Assembly (NCBI GenBank): GCA_051294375.1
Contig: CM119264.1
Location: 20,933,636 to 20,997,635, forward strand
Direction: 5' to 3'
Length of the DNA: 64,000 bases
Source: Paraspadella gotoi
Taxonomy: Eukaryota; Animalia; Chaetognatha
This document shows, piece after piece, positions 12,927-25,979 of the stretch. The notes under the pieces were generated by a model. It saw nothing but the letters and a program-made list of their open reading frames with translations, searched no databases and was not told the DNA's origin. Made by a program: the position numbers and the translations under genes. The number at the start of each line of letters is the position of its first letter. The stretch's first letter is position 1.

Positions 12927-15900
12927 GTCAAAGACAAGTTGGATGGCTCGGTGAGAAAAGATTGGAGAGAGTTCCACGTCCCAAAGACGTCGATTGCAGC
13001 TTGGCTCTACATCGGGCGACGGGTGAGACAGTTCAGGGTTGAATGGTTGAGAAACCACAATGTTGAATATAACAATTCGTGGCAGTCTTTTTGACTCTTG
13101 AAAATAATCTAAAATTTAGCTTAGTTTAATGACACTGAACGGATAATGAAAATTATCAAAATCAACTAGTATTTTACGGTAGTAAAAGATCATTAAACAT
13201 TATGAAGCTTTATAAAAAAGCATAGTAGTAATGACAAACAAGTTCACTTATTTCACCCCCGATTCATTAATTCGACATTATCAACAGAACCGCATTCGAT
13301 TCAGCTGCTCCCCAGTAATCGTGGTGGATTCGGTGCCCGTGACACTGACGCGTGGCCCGGTGACCCTGCAGCAGCAGACGATGAGGTTCTGGTTACCGAA
13401 AGCCACGAAAGCTGTGGCCGACGATGCGGAGCAGTACGGGGAAGTTCTTGTCAGGGTCATGGTCGGAAAGATCGGGGGAGAGATGGAGCAAGTCATGGTG
13501 GTTAAACCCGGCAAAGTGAGTGACTCAAGAACTTAACCAAGCGAATCGATGCTTAACAACGATAGATACCGTGTTTTTAATCTCATTTAAATATTAAAAA
13601 TGTCCTGGTTTTTACCAAAAACCAAGTACCTAAGTAGGAATACTGTGAAAGACTAGTAATATGAGGTGAAAGTATTAGGATTAACGGAGTGTGCCTCTCT
13701 CAGAACGGCCCATGGAAAGTGGCTCCACGCCCACTGCTCGAAGATCCCATCCCGGCCTCGTCGTGGCAAACATCTCAAGCGCCATCATCATTGTCCTCCG
13801 CGTCGTCGTCGTTCGTCGAAGGCTTAGTCGCCATCAGTAGCGCCGGCGTGGAAATCGGCGTCGCCGCGATCCTCCAACGTCGTGAGTCGTCAATGGACAC
13901 TTCGGGCGGCGTCATTGGCGACGCCAATTTTCTTATTCACTTTCCAGAGGATACTGTGGACAGATCGGCGAAGGTGAGTTCTTGGATATAACAGAGTCAA
14001 ATTGATATAGATTTTTGGCTCGATTGATCTTTTCTATTTTCTTTCTTTGGCACCAGTTGGTGCTTCAAATTGAACGCGACGAGTTCGATCAGACTTCGAC
14101 GACTTTGCATCTGTCGTCGTCGCGTCCCCTCCGCGCTGAACATCTCGTCGTTGAGATGCCGGCTAAGGAAGGCGCGGAAGGAGGCGAAGTCATGTCCGTC
14201 TCCGTTCAAACAGGTGAAGGAAAACCATCTCACCTTATATTTCTCTAACGGTATGATTTATACCAGAGGAAAAGAAAAAAAATTATGAGAAGTTTTCATG
14301 TTCCTACTATAATTTTTTTTTTTTTTCAGATGGAATGAGACGCATTGAATGGCAATCTCTCATCACCGTCGACGTCACCGACGAGACTGACGTCGAAGAT
14401 CAACGAAAGAAAATTAAAGTTCAAAATCTTCCTCAAAATTGCACCGGATTTTCGTTGCTGTTGCAAGAAAACCCAAAAGCGTTGAAAGAAGCGGATATGG
14501 CAGAAGAAATTATGGAACCTGAGGGACCTGGTATGGATATATTTTCTTTTTTGTTGTTACACTCACGCATGATGTTAGACTTTTGCACGTTGTGTCTATT
14601 AGATGTATCAAAATAAGATTGACAGATCTTATTTTGCGTCCTTGTATGTTTATAAATATTTATGAAATTAGTCACTCGCACGTTTTGTATATTAAACGCC
14701 ATTTAACCGAATTCGAAACTCAAGACGCACGGCGACGAAATAAAAAAAAATTTACTCGAATTCCTCCATTTTTATTAACGCTGTCGCTAAATAAAAATTA
14801 CCGGCTCAAATTCGTCTGCAACACCTTTTCCGGCGACCACGAAAAATTATTAGTGAACAAGATTAACGAAGTAAAAGATTCGTCGCTGGATAAAGGTATC
14901 AAAGAGGAGAGACGCGAATCGACGCCTCGATCGCAGTCAATCGAAGACGATCGAGGGTTGATCGCGATCTATCATCCCGAAGTTGTTGACAGCGACGGTC
15001 CTCTGTCTGTCCTCTCGACGCCGACGAAGACTTCTCATCAGAGATCTCCGGATCTCTCAGAGTTCTCCCCTAATCCAACCATTGAGTGGCCGGACCGAGG
15101 CGTCCCCTCTCCCCACCCGGATGTCAAGACCCCCCCCAATCTAGTTCCACCGACGACAGTGTTCGACACTTTGAGTCATTTTTTCGGGTCTAAGTTGACG
15201 ACGCTGCGTCTTGACGATCGAAAGGATCGTCGATCGAAACCTCTTGTCTTTCGTCGTAAATCTGTGTCCAGGAAGATGCGAGCTCGACCCCCGCGTCGGA
15301 TAAATCGCGAGACGGAGACTAAGACGTTCTTGGTAAAGTCTTTTACCACTCAGACTTCTGCCGAACCAGGTGTCCTTGAGGCGTCCTCCGAATCGTCAAC
15401 CGTCGCTCCGCCCAACGACCTCGACAATGCGGCGACAGAAGCGACGCCTTTCGGCGCCGTTAATCGACGGGAAGGAGCGACGCCAGCTAACGACTTTTGG
15501 CATCCGGTGGAGGCGGGGTTTTTGGGTCACTTCTTTCGTATCAAGAGGAAAATGTACAAGCGGCAGAGGAGGACGAAGCTGCGGGAAGGGGGTCGGGACT
15601 ATGTGGATGCGATTCATGAAAAGAGGAGAGACAAAAGATGACTGCCAAGTCTATTTTACTGCATAGATGATAAAGACAACGTCAACAAATAGAAAGAATA
15701 AAAACTTTAACACGAAATGCAAAAAAACTCAATAAGATTTTTTTTTATGTATTGGCCCAATACTATTGGGGTTATTTTTATATTAATCTATCCATCATAT
15801 CAGGTAATTTTTACATACGTCTATTTCTTTGTGGTTATGTGTTTGTTAGTTGTGGTAACAAGATAATTTTGTTTATTAAGTTGTTATACATACAAAATCA

Positions 15901-17332
15901 ATAAACTAAAGTCAACAATAAAAATGAAAAGGACAAAATGGTTAAGAGAGAATAGTTTATGGAATATTGGATATTTGGGAAAATTTGAGATATTATGGCA
16001 ACAGCCGGGTTGCCTGTGATGCCCATTGAGATGGGGCATCTCACTGTTGGCTTTGGGGGCTTCCGACCCTCAGTGACTCTTGTCACTGGCGCGGTTACCC
16101 TAGGACGGTCTCACTTTGCCAACGCAGAGGGAAGTCATTAGGACTGTGGATGGAACACTAATCCTTGGATGGTGTGTTCCCCCTCTGAGCCAATGGATTT
16201 GGCTGAAGGATGGTGGACGTGAGGCAGTGTGAATATACCGCCACAATATTTTATTATTTGCATTGGTAATGATCAAAATCATAAATAGGAGACAAAAAAG
16301 GAAAAACAATAACATGGTTAATCAACACAGTAGAAAATATCAAGAATGGATACGAGTGGGGTCAGGCCTGGTCAAACACGACCGAACGTGTCGTCTTGGA
16401 AGTTGATTTTGATGTCGTTCTTTTTATCATTACTGTATACAGGAAAAGTTTCGTCGTCGTTGTCTTTTTATATTTCGCCATTGCGTTCATTTGAGTCATT
16501 TAAACCCCTGAATCGTTTCGCATAAAAAAGTCGAAGAAAAGAAAGTTTTCATTTATCTTTACCAAATAACGTAACCACCGGTCCACGCCCCCAATCAGTG
16601 CACCCCCTAACGAAGGCCTTCGTCTCGGTCGCACCCAACATCCCCGCGACGCACTGGCGCCTCCTGGCTGAGCGGATGCACGTAAAGAGCGTCGCCCACG
16701 ACGACGTGATGGCGCAGAAACCGGAAGTAAAGGCGAAGAGATTGATCGAATCTTGGATGAAATACAACCCCGGCACGACCGAGCGACAGGTGAGGTGTGG
16801 GGAAAACCAAAAAGGGACGGTTATGGGAACGGGGGACATGAGTGACGCCTGGCGTGTGAGGCATCTCCTAACAGCTGGCACTCAGGGTTTCAACCTGCAA
16901 TGACCACCCCATGTCACTGGCGTGTTTATGCCAACACCATCACACCTTAACCAGAGTGACCATGAGGGGATTGAACCCGGACCTCATGGTTGGCGAACGA
17001 GTACTTAGCAGTCCAAGCCAATGGGAAGAGCTGAGATTCACTAAGCTATGCGGGAGGCGAATTTAGGATTCGCCACACTCAACTATTTTTTTTTATGTCA
17101 AGAATACATTAAATAAACAAAAACCCATGATGCGTGTGTTAGTACATACCTTAACTTAACATAACTTATGTAAAATAGAAAACCCACGAGCGCCTTAACC
17201 GAACGATGCTCTTCCGATGTGACATTCGTTGTTCCAATCTTTGACTTTTTCCGTCACCTTCCGACTCGTTAATTTTCCAGCCCAACGGGTTTTTGAGTTG
17301 CGAGGTTATGCACCCCGCTCCGATTCGTTCCG

Positions 17333-17374
<42 letters not shown>

Positions 17375-17599
17375 CTCCCTTCTCACTCCCTCTATTTTTC
17401 TCTCGCGCCATCCGACTTGTTTATTCGGGTCACCGAAACTCTTTCACGTTCCATTGAACACGTGAATGAAATCAGTTACAAGTAATTATTTTCTTTCTTT
17501 TTTTCAAATGCGTTGTCGCTTCTCCATAAGGTGTAAGCATGAGGGTTAGTGGGTTTGCTCGTAGTATCACTTATTTATCCTTAACAAGTTTATTAAGTT

Positions 17600-17663
<64 letters not shown>

Positions 17664-17762
17664 CTCTCTCATCCACTCTTACAGATGATGAAGCTTCGAA
17701 GCATCATGTACGAGTGTCAACTCGGTCGAGCGGCTGAAAAAGTCCGGGCTCATCTAATGTAG
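12927..17762 (+). CDS. ZU5-like plus C-terminal death-domain exons: 12927-13022, 13288-13515, 13704-13973, 14057-14213, 14330-14530, 16599-16789, 17685-17762
   Basis: Exon phases are all compatible. GGVIG..FLIHFPEDTV and SP-V-V segments are ZU5-like. AFVSVAPNIPATHWRLLAERM..KAKRLIESWMK..KLRSIMYECQLGRAAEKV shows the death-fold pattern. No start exon was found, so these probably continue the 8056 gene. Confidence 0.65.
14854..15641 (+). CDS. Intronic Ser/Pro-rich then basic ORF; probable alternative last exon
   Basis: GC-rich open frame of ~260 codons, phase-1 AG at 14853 compatible with donor 14530, AATAAA at ~15697. Confidence 0.45.
15994..16245 (-). mobile_element. Solo LTR family C with twister-like ribozyme (16046-16123)
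   Basis: TGTGGC...GCCATA ends, 4-bp TSD ATAT, homolog at 48180-48430. Confidence 0.8.
16796..17053 (-). mobile_element. Degenerate solo LTR family D (tRNA-like head plus decayed twister)
   Basis: TSD GAGG; ends ...CCACA; B box GGTTCAATCCC; CTGG..GTGT-GA..T|AA-ACAC-GC-CAGTGAC..GTCATTG-CAGG..CCTG..CCAG. Confidence 0.65.
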
Positions 17763-18365
17763 CCCAATCATCTTATGACTTTACATTCTTGTCAAAACAT
17801 CATGGAAAAAGTTTTGCGTCGTGGGATATCTGTCGTATGACCGTATTTTGTGCTTTGGGTTACTCTTGTTTTTTAATATAATAATTTATATAGATAAAGT
17901 TAGTAAAATCAATATTCAACGACCATTTATAAAAAATAAATGATTCTTTATTGTCAAGACATTATCTTCGTGAAATTTTACTTTGAAGCTTTTTTCCTAA
18001 AGGAAATATTGAACTATCGCTAAGTAAAAAACAATCCTTCACTTTATATTGCGTGATATATCTCTTTGTTCCAAGTACTATCTATTTAACTTAAATTTAT
18101 GTTTCTAAATATATCAGTAGCCTTTTTTTATTGCATTCTAAAAATGATATTTTAGAAATTAGAATATTAGAAAGATGAGTCCAGCCAGAAATAGGTAAAT
18201 ATGAAATTAGACAACTAAAAAAAAACAACTGACTCAATGATTTGACGATAAAAAAATAAGCGGAAACTGGTTTGGGTTGAGAAGGAAATGATTCCGTTGC
18301 CTTTTGTTTGCCTTGGATTGATTGACGACGAAATGAAGAAGGAAAACACCGCCATGGGTACGCAC

Positions 18366-18898
18366 TAGACTAGTCTAGTGCGTAGTGAAAGTTACATCCA
18401 GACATTCTAAATGTCGATTATGAACAACATACAATCAGTGAACATTAATTTGTAAAAAAAATGTATGTTCTTCAATTTTTGCAGTAGACTATATTTATAT
18501 ATAGTAATATCCTTATAAAAAAATTAAAATAGGCTTTTCTTAATTTTGATTGAAGATTTGAATTCCTCGTCAAAAGTTAATAAAAGAAAATATAAATCAT
18601 TTTTAAAAATTCTTTTAATAAGTGGGTTAAAAATTAAAAAAACTATATTTAATATATAAAATATAAATTTTCAGCTCAAAATATAGGTTTTTTATATTTG
18701 ATCAACTTAATGAAAGAATTTTTAAAAAAGAGTTATATTTCTTTATATCAACTTTTCATGACGAATCGAATTGTGCAAAAAAAAACTTAAAAAAAATTTT
18801 TTTGAAATTTTAACATTTATTGGATTAGTACTAGTAAAAATATGGCCTACTGCGTAAATTGTAAAATTTATTTTAAATTTTTTTTATACTACGCTTTA
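18366..18898 (+). mobile_element. hAT MITE (same family as 37971-38374 and 61009-61620)
   Basis: 8-bp TSD GTACGCAC; termini and body shared with the other copies. Confidence 0.85.
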
Positions 18899-19620
18899 GT
18901 ACGCACGTCTTTTGTTTTTCTTGTCTACACACAGAAGAAGGTTGATATTACAGTGTGTCCCAATGGTACTGTCTGTTAAGAAAAGCATACTGTTCCTATA
19001 CCAGATCGAAAAACTTTAATTCATTATAATGAATATGCGCACAAGTATGGACCATTTTATAGGATACCTAAATTTTAAAAATTAAACAAAGCAAACTCCT
19101 GTAGTTATTACATGAAGCAATTGGTAAAAAAAAACTTTCAGTGATTTTTAAAACAAAGTTTTAAATAATATATTTTTTATTATTTATCAAATATTTTTTA
19201 TAATACTGTTTAAATAATGTTTTAAATATTTTCTTTAGAAAGGACAGTCAGAAACTACCTCATATTTTTAGCTCCAGAGCTTTTATAATGCTGTAATCCT
19301 TATTTTTAAAATTATAAACTTACCCTGTTCATATTAATTTTTTAATTGATTTAATAATAATTTATTGAATAAATAGCAACCATTTTGTTATGGCTTAATG
19401 ATTCAATAGCTCACAACTTCAAATAATAAAATTTAAATATCAAATTAATTAGCATATTTTTATAAATTTTTTTTGTTTATTTCTTTTTATTAATGCACTT
19501 ATTTTATACAAATTAAAAATTAAATAATTCATATCTATTTAAAATATTTTTTTACATAAATTTTGTAATGTGTAAAAGTTAACCGACAGTATTGTACTTC
19601 CTGCCAAGTTATCACGACGG

Positions 19621-19836
19621 TGAGGAGACAGTAATAATTGTTATATGTTAGTGACAGAACCGTTAAATATAAGCAGTCCCTGAACTTCGGATCAGGCTGT
19701 AACACCGTGTTACAGGCGGGTTAAGCGCCCCGTCCCTCTTAACTGCTAGGCGGCCACCGGGCTAGAACCCCGGACCTTTGGGTTGGGAGGCACCAATGGC
19801 CGCTGATGAACGGTTGGTGGATTTTAGTCCACCATA
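19621..19836 (-). mobile_element. Solo LTR family A with twister-like motif (19673-19746)
   Basis: Reverse complement of the family A LTR; 4-bp TSD ACGG at 19617-19620 and 19837-19840. Confidence 0.85.
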
Positions 19837-20065
19837 ACGGTAATATTTTGCAACGTTAACAGTTAACGGTTATTAACGGTTAAAAATAATTTTAACTTAA
19901 CCGTTAATATATTTATTTTAACGGTTAAATTTGGTTAATTTTCAAGTATGATTTTTGTTATTTTCTGTTATGAAAACTTTGATTTTTTAAGAGAAAAGTT
20001 TTTTTTTTCTGTCTTCTCTTATTCTCCTCTCCCTTTCTCACTATATTTTCCCCCTGTCTCTTCTA

Positions 20066-20743
20066 CAGAAGGCTTCATATTATAAAATGTGATACCCCTT
20101 TTTTGTGACCAGAATCTGTTCCCACCAAACTACCTGATAAAATTTAATGAAATTTTACATTTAGAGTGCTAATGATATATAAATGGAACTATCGAGGCGA
20201 ATTTTGATATTCAACCTTGACCAGAGATACAGGGCCCTGGGGGTGGACCCCTGGGGGGCCAAAAAAATGCTAAAAATGTTTTTTCCATTTTTCTTATTTT
20301 AAGTAGCATCAGGTGCATTGACGTTTTAAACATAAGAAAAAAAAACATTTTAGAAACTAAAATTGATAAATTTGCAATAATTAAGCATGGTTGAAGATGC
20401 ATGGTTCATCGTTTTACTTCCAATTATTCCAAATCTGACTTTAACTGCTGATGTTCATGAAGCTAAAAATTAAAGTAAATGAATATTTTTGAGGTAATAA
20501 ATACGTTTTTGTGGAAGAGTAAACGTCTGTGCAACTGTTCAAAAACAAAAAAAAAAAAAAAAAATTTGAAAACAATTTTTGACCATTTTTTGCCCCCATG
20601 GGTGACCCCCCGGGGGGCCCATATATCGGCTCAGCGGTCAAATATTGAAATTCGCCTTGATATTTTTATTAGTATTTACATAGGGATCGTTCATTCCAAA
20701 TTTCAATAAATTTGGTCCAGTAGTTTTCTCGGAACTAGTTCTG
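20066..20743. mobile_element. Nested foldback MITE with TA duplication
   Basis: Absent from the paralogous site at ~44594; ends CAGAA...TTCTG; long imperfect internal inverted repeat. Confidence 0.75.
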
Positions 20744-21395
20744 TACATTTTTCCCCTTTTTTTCCTTTGTTATTTTCAACCCTTTAAACTTTTTTCTATC
20801 CTAATCTCTTATCAATTTTTATTCCCCTTTCAGTATTTTTTTAACTTACTTTCTCCTAATTGTTTTCGTTTTTCCTTTCAGCTAATGTAATACATTTACA
20901 TCAAAGAATCTTTTGAAATATAATATGCATCTGCATATATTTTCTTGCAAATAAAATTCTTACATGCAATAATATTCTATTTTGCTAACAAAAAAAAAAT
21001 AATCTTTCTAATTTTATTTTTTCTCACTTTTTCTTTCCCTTTTTAAAATGAACAAAGAAGTAAATAAAATAAAACCGAATAAATTTAAAAAAACTAAAAT
21101 AAAAAATATTTATTATAAAACATTTAAAAAATGAACAATAGAAGGAATTGAATTGAATTGAAAAGGCATTAAGGCTAACTAAAACTATCTTTCAATGATG
21201 ATATATTTATTAATTAATAACTCTTTCATTCAACCATTCAATTAATAAATTGATATTCATAATTAAGAGAAAACAAGGTTTATTTGTTTACAAACAACGG
21301 GTTTTTATTCCAAAAAACTGATATGTTTCGACTCTAGTTTTTCCAAGTCTACATCAGCGCGTAAGAGTAGAAACATGTCCGTTTTTTTTTAATAA

Positions 21396-22654
21396 CAAGT
21401 TTGAGCAAACAATGTCGGATCTGCCTACGAAAATTAATTAATTAATTAATCGATTAATTAATCAATTAATTAATTATTTTAATAATTAATTATAAATTTA
21501 TATACAGCTTATCATCATCGATGTCCTTAAAATAAAGTAAATGTGACTTATATTTTTTCCATTTAAAATCATTTCCACTGGCACAACTCCGTCAAAACTT
21601 TATATCTAGCTTCTTCACAAACTTTCCTTCCTGCTCACAAAATTTCATCTCAATCTATTATGGGTTAAAATAAGTAAAAAGAGTCAAGTAAATGTGACTC
21701 ATATTTTTTTTATTTAAACTCATTTCCATTCGTACCGAAACTTTATATCAAGCTTCGTCACACATTTTCCTACCCACACACAAAATTTGAACTCAATCTA
21801 TCCATCCAATTATGATTAATTAGAGTATTTATTGGTGAAAATAAGTAAAAAGATTTTAGTAAATGCGACTTATGTTTTTTCCATTTAAACTCATATCCAC
21901 TCACACTATTCCGTCAAAACTTTATATCCAGCTTCATCACATATGTTCCTACCCATACACAAAATTTCACTCCGATCCAATCAGCCAATCACGAGTTATT
22001 GGGGCTTTTTGCTAAGGTGGAACGGATGGACGGATTGATTGACTGATTAATTAATTAGTGATTAATTAAATGACTAATTGATTAATTAACTGATTAATTA
22101 TTTGATTTATTAATACATCCTGCATATACATTTAATATAAAAGGAAAAAAAATCATAATCAATTAGTTAAACAGGTTTTTTGTTTTTTTTTATTTAAACT
22201 CATTTCCACTCAAACGATTCCACCGAAACTTGGTTTCCTGTTCAATCACACACTTTCCTACAAAATTCCAGGTCAATCGCCCCATCCACTCATGAGCAAT
22301 TGGTGTTTAAATAGTGAATTATATTTTTTTGTTTTTTCCATTTAAACTCATTTCCACTCGGACGATTCCATAGAAACTTTATATCCAGCTCAATCACACA
22401 ATTCCCTACCCATACACAAAATTTCACTCAAATCCATCCATCCATCCAATCACGAGTAATTGGTGTTTTTTGCTAAGGTGTGATGGACGGACGGACGGAC
22501 GGACGGACAGACGCACATCATTTTTTTGCATAATTTATCATAATTAGATGTTCTGACATGATATAAGTTAGTGCCCGACAATATTGAGGGGGCGGACCGA
22601 CGGACCAACAAATGGAATTATAGAGTCGGGATCTGCTGATAAGCAGATCCGACT
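21396..22654 (-). mobile_element. HINE family A copy
   Basis: Reverse complement of 3425-4722; absent from the paralogous site at ~45267; no TSD. Confidence 0.85.
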
Positions 22655-23046
22655 AAAAACCCGTTGTTTGTAAACAAATAAAATTTGCTTTCACTTATCT
22701 ATAAACGCAACAAAAAGAAAGTCTTAACACAATATTCAATGGTCATGGATTATAAAAGACTAACAAGAGAAAACATGCTTTCAAGAAACTAACAACTATA
22801 AAAATAATGAGGAAGAGAAATAGAAAAAGAAAAAGCAAAAGCGAAAGAAAGAAAGAGAAAGAGAAAACAAAATATACAGAATTAGAATTACATTGTGCTT
22901 TTTATTTTATTATCTTTTTTCATATTTTTATTATGCTATGAGCCAAAAGAAAGATTTATTATAATGCTTTATTTCATTAGCTGATGGGTAGATTCAAGAT
23001 AGATTTTTCAAACCAATTTTTTTAATTTATCAACTATAATGTGTAC

Positions 23047-23668
23047 TAGGGTGAAGTGAAAGTTTGGAATCAAAATTTAGCAGTTATATCTTGAAAAACT
23101 TCATATTAGTGAATACTAATCTGTAATTATTTTTCTTTTTTATAAATATAGTAGCCCAGTCAGCTTATTTTGTATATAGTACTACCCTTATATAAAGTCA
23201 AATTTTCAAAATAGTTTTTTTTTAATTCTGAGAACAGATTCAGATCCTCGTTAAAAGTTAATAAAAGAAAGTATAAATCTTTTTCAAAAATTATGTCATT
23301 AAGTAGGTTAAAATTATAAAAAACTATATTTTTAAGCTGGAAATTTAAAATCGGCGTCTTAAATATAGTTTTTTACATTTTTGACTAACTTAATGAAAGA
23401 ATTTTTAAAAAAGTATTGTACTTTCTTATAATAACTTTTTGCAAGGAATCCAAATTCGATCTTAAAATTTAAAAATTTTGTATTTTGAAATTTTAGCCTA
23501 TTATATACTTATTACTATATATAAATATAGCTCACTGGTGCCCACTAATGTATAAAATTTAAAAATAAATTTACCACAATATTTTTATTGGTTTTTATGT
23601 TCATGTTTTATATGCTAAAATTTTCAATTTTTAATTTTCTAAAATTTTATCATTTTCACATCACTCTA
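23047..23668. mobile_element. hAT MITE
   Basis: TIRs TAGGGTGAAGTGAAA / TTTCACATCACTCTA; TSD ATGTGTAC, single-copy at the empty site ~45669. Confidence 0.9.
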
Positions 23669-23879
23669 ATGTGTACCTCATCTATTTGAAATAGAAGATA
23701 AAGACGATTCAGTAGCCGGAGTTAAGGAGAAAATACCATTAAATAATTTAATTAGTTTTAAATATTAATATTTTGAATTTAAAGTTTTAGGCATCGCGAA
23801 TTTCTTTTCGTTTCGTTGTGTTTGAATTAGTAGAAGAAGTTTGAATTTGTTTACAGGATCGTTTTTATTGGTACATAGG

Positions 23880-23923
23880 GACGTACATGTTTCGGCTTTA
23901 AATTACAAGCCTTCTTCAGCGCC
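23880..23923 (-). ncRNA. Minimal type I hammerhead ribozyme
   Basis: Reverse complement reads GGCG-CTGAAGA-AGGCTT..AAGCC-GAAA-CATGTA|CGTC. Confidence 0.78.
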
Positions 23924-24791
23924 ATAGAAAAATTGTTTGTTAATTTTACAAATTATTTGTGCAAAGGAAAAGTAAGAGAGAGAGAGAGAGAGAGAGAAAA
24001 TTTAAAGTTAAATTATAAAATTAACCGATTTTAACGGTTAACCGTTAAAAAGTTAGTTTTAACGGTTAAGCGAAGTTCCTTAAAAATTAACGGCTAACTG
24101 AACCCTAAGTAGTATCAGACAAAATGCAAATACATGGAAAAACCAAAATCATGCGAGAAATTGAATCAATTTGACGGAGAGCATTGAAGCATTCTCGTGA
24201 AGAGTATTGAAAAAATTGGAGGAGAAGATTGAAACAATCTGATCCATAAAAATTGATCAATTTTTAAAAAAAGAAAATATGTTCGAATTTCGAATGTTCG
24301 AATTTCCTTGATAAATAAAACTCGCTCATCAGTTAACCTCTTTTTATTTATTGTTTTAGAAAGTTTTTTTCTTTCGCCTACTAAATTTTCGTGTCATCAA
24401 TCCCAAAAATTAACGTCGTCATTCTGGGTCGCCACTCCCGATTCTATAAATCGGCACCAATGTCGAAACTCTGATGCGGATGAGGAAAAGAAAACAACGT
24501 TCCGGGTCGACGCTTCTGGTTTTTTTTCTCCTTGACGTCGAATGACGGACGAGTTTTATTTTTCACTCAGATGGCGCGAAATGAAATCGCGGTCGCCCAC
24601 CCCCGCGTCATAACTGACGTTGAGTGGCGCGGGGTGGATGAGCGGCGTGGCCATATTGGGAGTAGAGGTCAAAAAACAGTGAAGCGTACCGATTATATAC
24701 AGCGAAAACCAATCCGTGCATACAATTTTATTACCATCCCAATAGGTAAATTTGTATTCTAAGTATTTCTTCACAAAGATATTAAAAAAAA

Positions 24792-25750
24792 CAAGTTTGA
24801 GCAAACAGTGTCGGATCTGCCTACAATAATTAAGCGGTAATCAGCTAATCAGATGATAAATGACAATATTTTTAAAAAAAAATTTTAACTCGCATCATTT
24901 TTTCAACTCACATCATTTTTTCAACTTGCATCATTTTTTCCACTCACATCATTTTTTCAACTCACATCATTTTTTCAACTCACATCATTATTTCAATTCG
25001 CTTCATTTTTTCTACTTGCATCATTTTTTTTTAACTCTGCATTCTTTTTTTACTTGCATTCATTTTTTTTAACTTGCATCTTTTATTTTTTTCACTTGCA
25101 TAATTTTTTCAACTTGCTTAATTTTTTGAATTGCATCATTTTTTACATTAATTAAATAATTAATTAATTAAACATTTATTAGTAATTATAAATATATAAA
25201 GATTCAATAAATGTGACTTATGTTTTCTGCATTTAAACTCATTTCCACTGCAGGATTCCGTCAAAACTTTGTATCTAGCTTCTTACACACTTCCTACCCG
25301 CACACAAAATTTCATTCTCAATCTATTAATTCAATTATGATTAATTCGAGCAATTATGGGTTAAAATAAGTAAAAAGATTCAAGTAAATGTGACGCATAT
25401 TTTTTTTATTTAAACTCATTTCCACTCGCACGTTTCCACCAAAACTTTATCTCAAGCTTCGTCACACCACTTTCCTACTCACACACCAAAATTTCAACTC
25501 AATATATCCATCCAATTATTGATTATTAGAGTATTATTGGTTAAAATAAGTAAAAATATTTTAGTAAATGCGACTTATGTTTTTTCCATTTAAACTCATT
25601 TGCACTCGCACGATTCCATCGAATCTTTTGTCCAGCTTTATCACACACTTTCCTACCCACACATAAATTTTATTCCAATCCACCACCAATCACGAGTTAT
25701 TGGAGCTTTTTCTAAGGTGAAACAGACGGATACGGACAGACGGACGGACC
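24792..25750 (-). mobile_element. HINE family A copy, 5'-truncated, with ~19-bp AACTCACATCATTTTTTC tandem array
   Basis: 3' hairpin and subTIR, ~130-bp repeats, remnant GACG microsatellite. Confidence 0.8.
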
Positions 25751-25979
25751 GTGAAAGAACCCCCTCCTCGACCTAGCGGAGAGGGAGAAGACGTCGGGAG
25801 AGAAACTGGACTAAAGACCGGACCGCTGGCGCCGTAAAGTTTTATAAGTTTCTTATCTACTTGGAGTCCTGTTTAATTTACTGGCTTATAACATTACTCA
25901 AAGATATAGATATTCATACAATACAATCAATGGAATACTAACTATTAATCAAAGAAGCAATAGTAAACAATAAACAAAA

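Larger units (their letters stand above)
19852..24107 (+). mobile_element. 5'-truncated non-autonomous hAT element (paralog of 44369-46811) carrying three nested insertions
   Basis: Colinear with 44369-46811; right TIR TTAACGGCTAACTGAACCCTA; TTAACGG subterminal repeats. Confidence 0.8.

Noticed and set aside
19800-19836. Hammerhead on the LTR antisense strand (CTGATGA)
   Set aside because: No GAAA after a stem II and no stem III or cleavage triplet.
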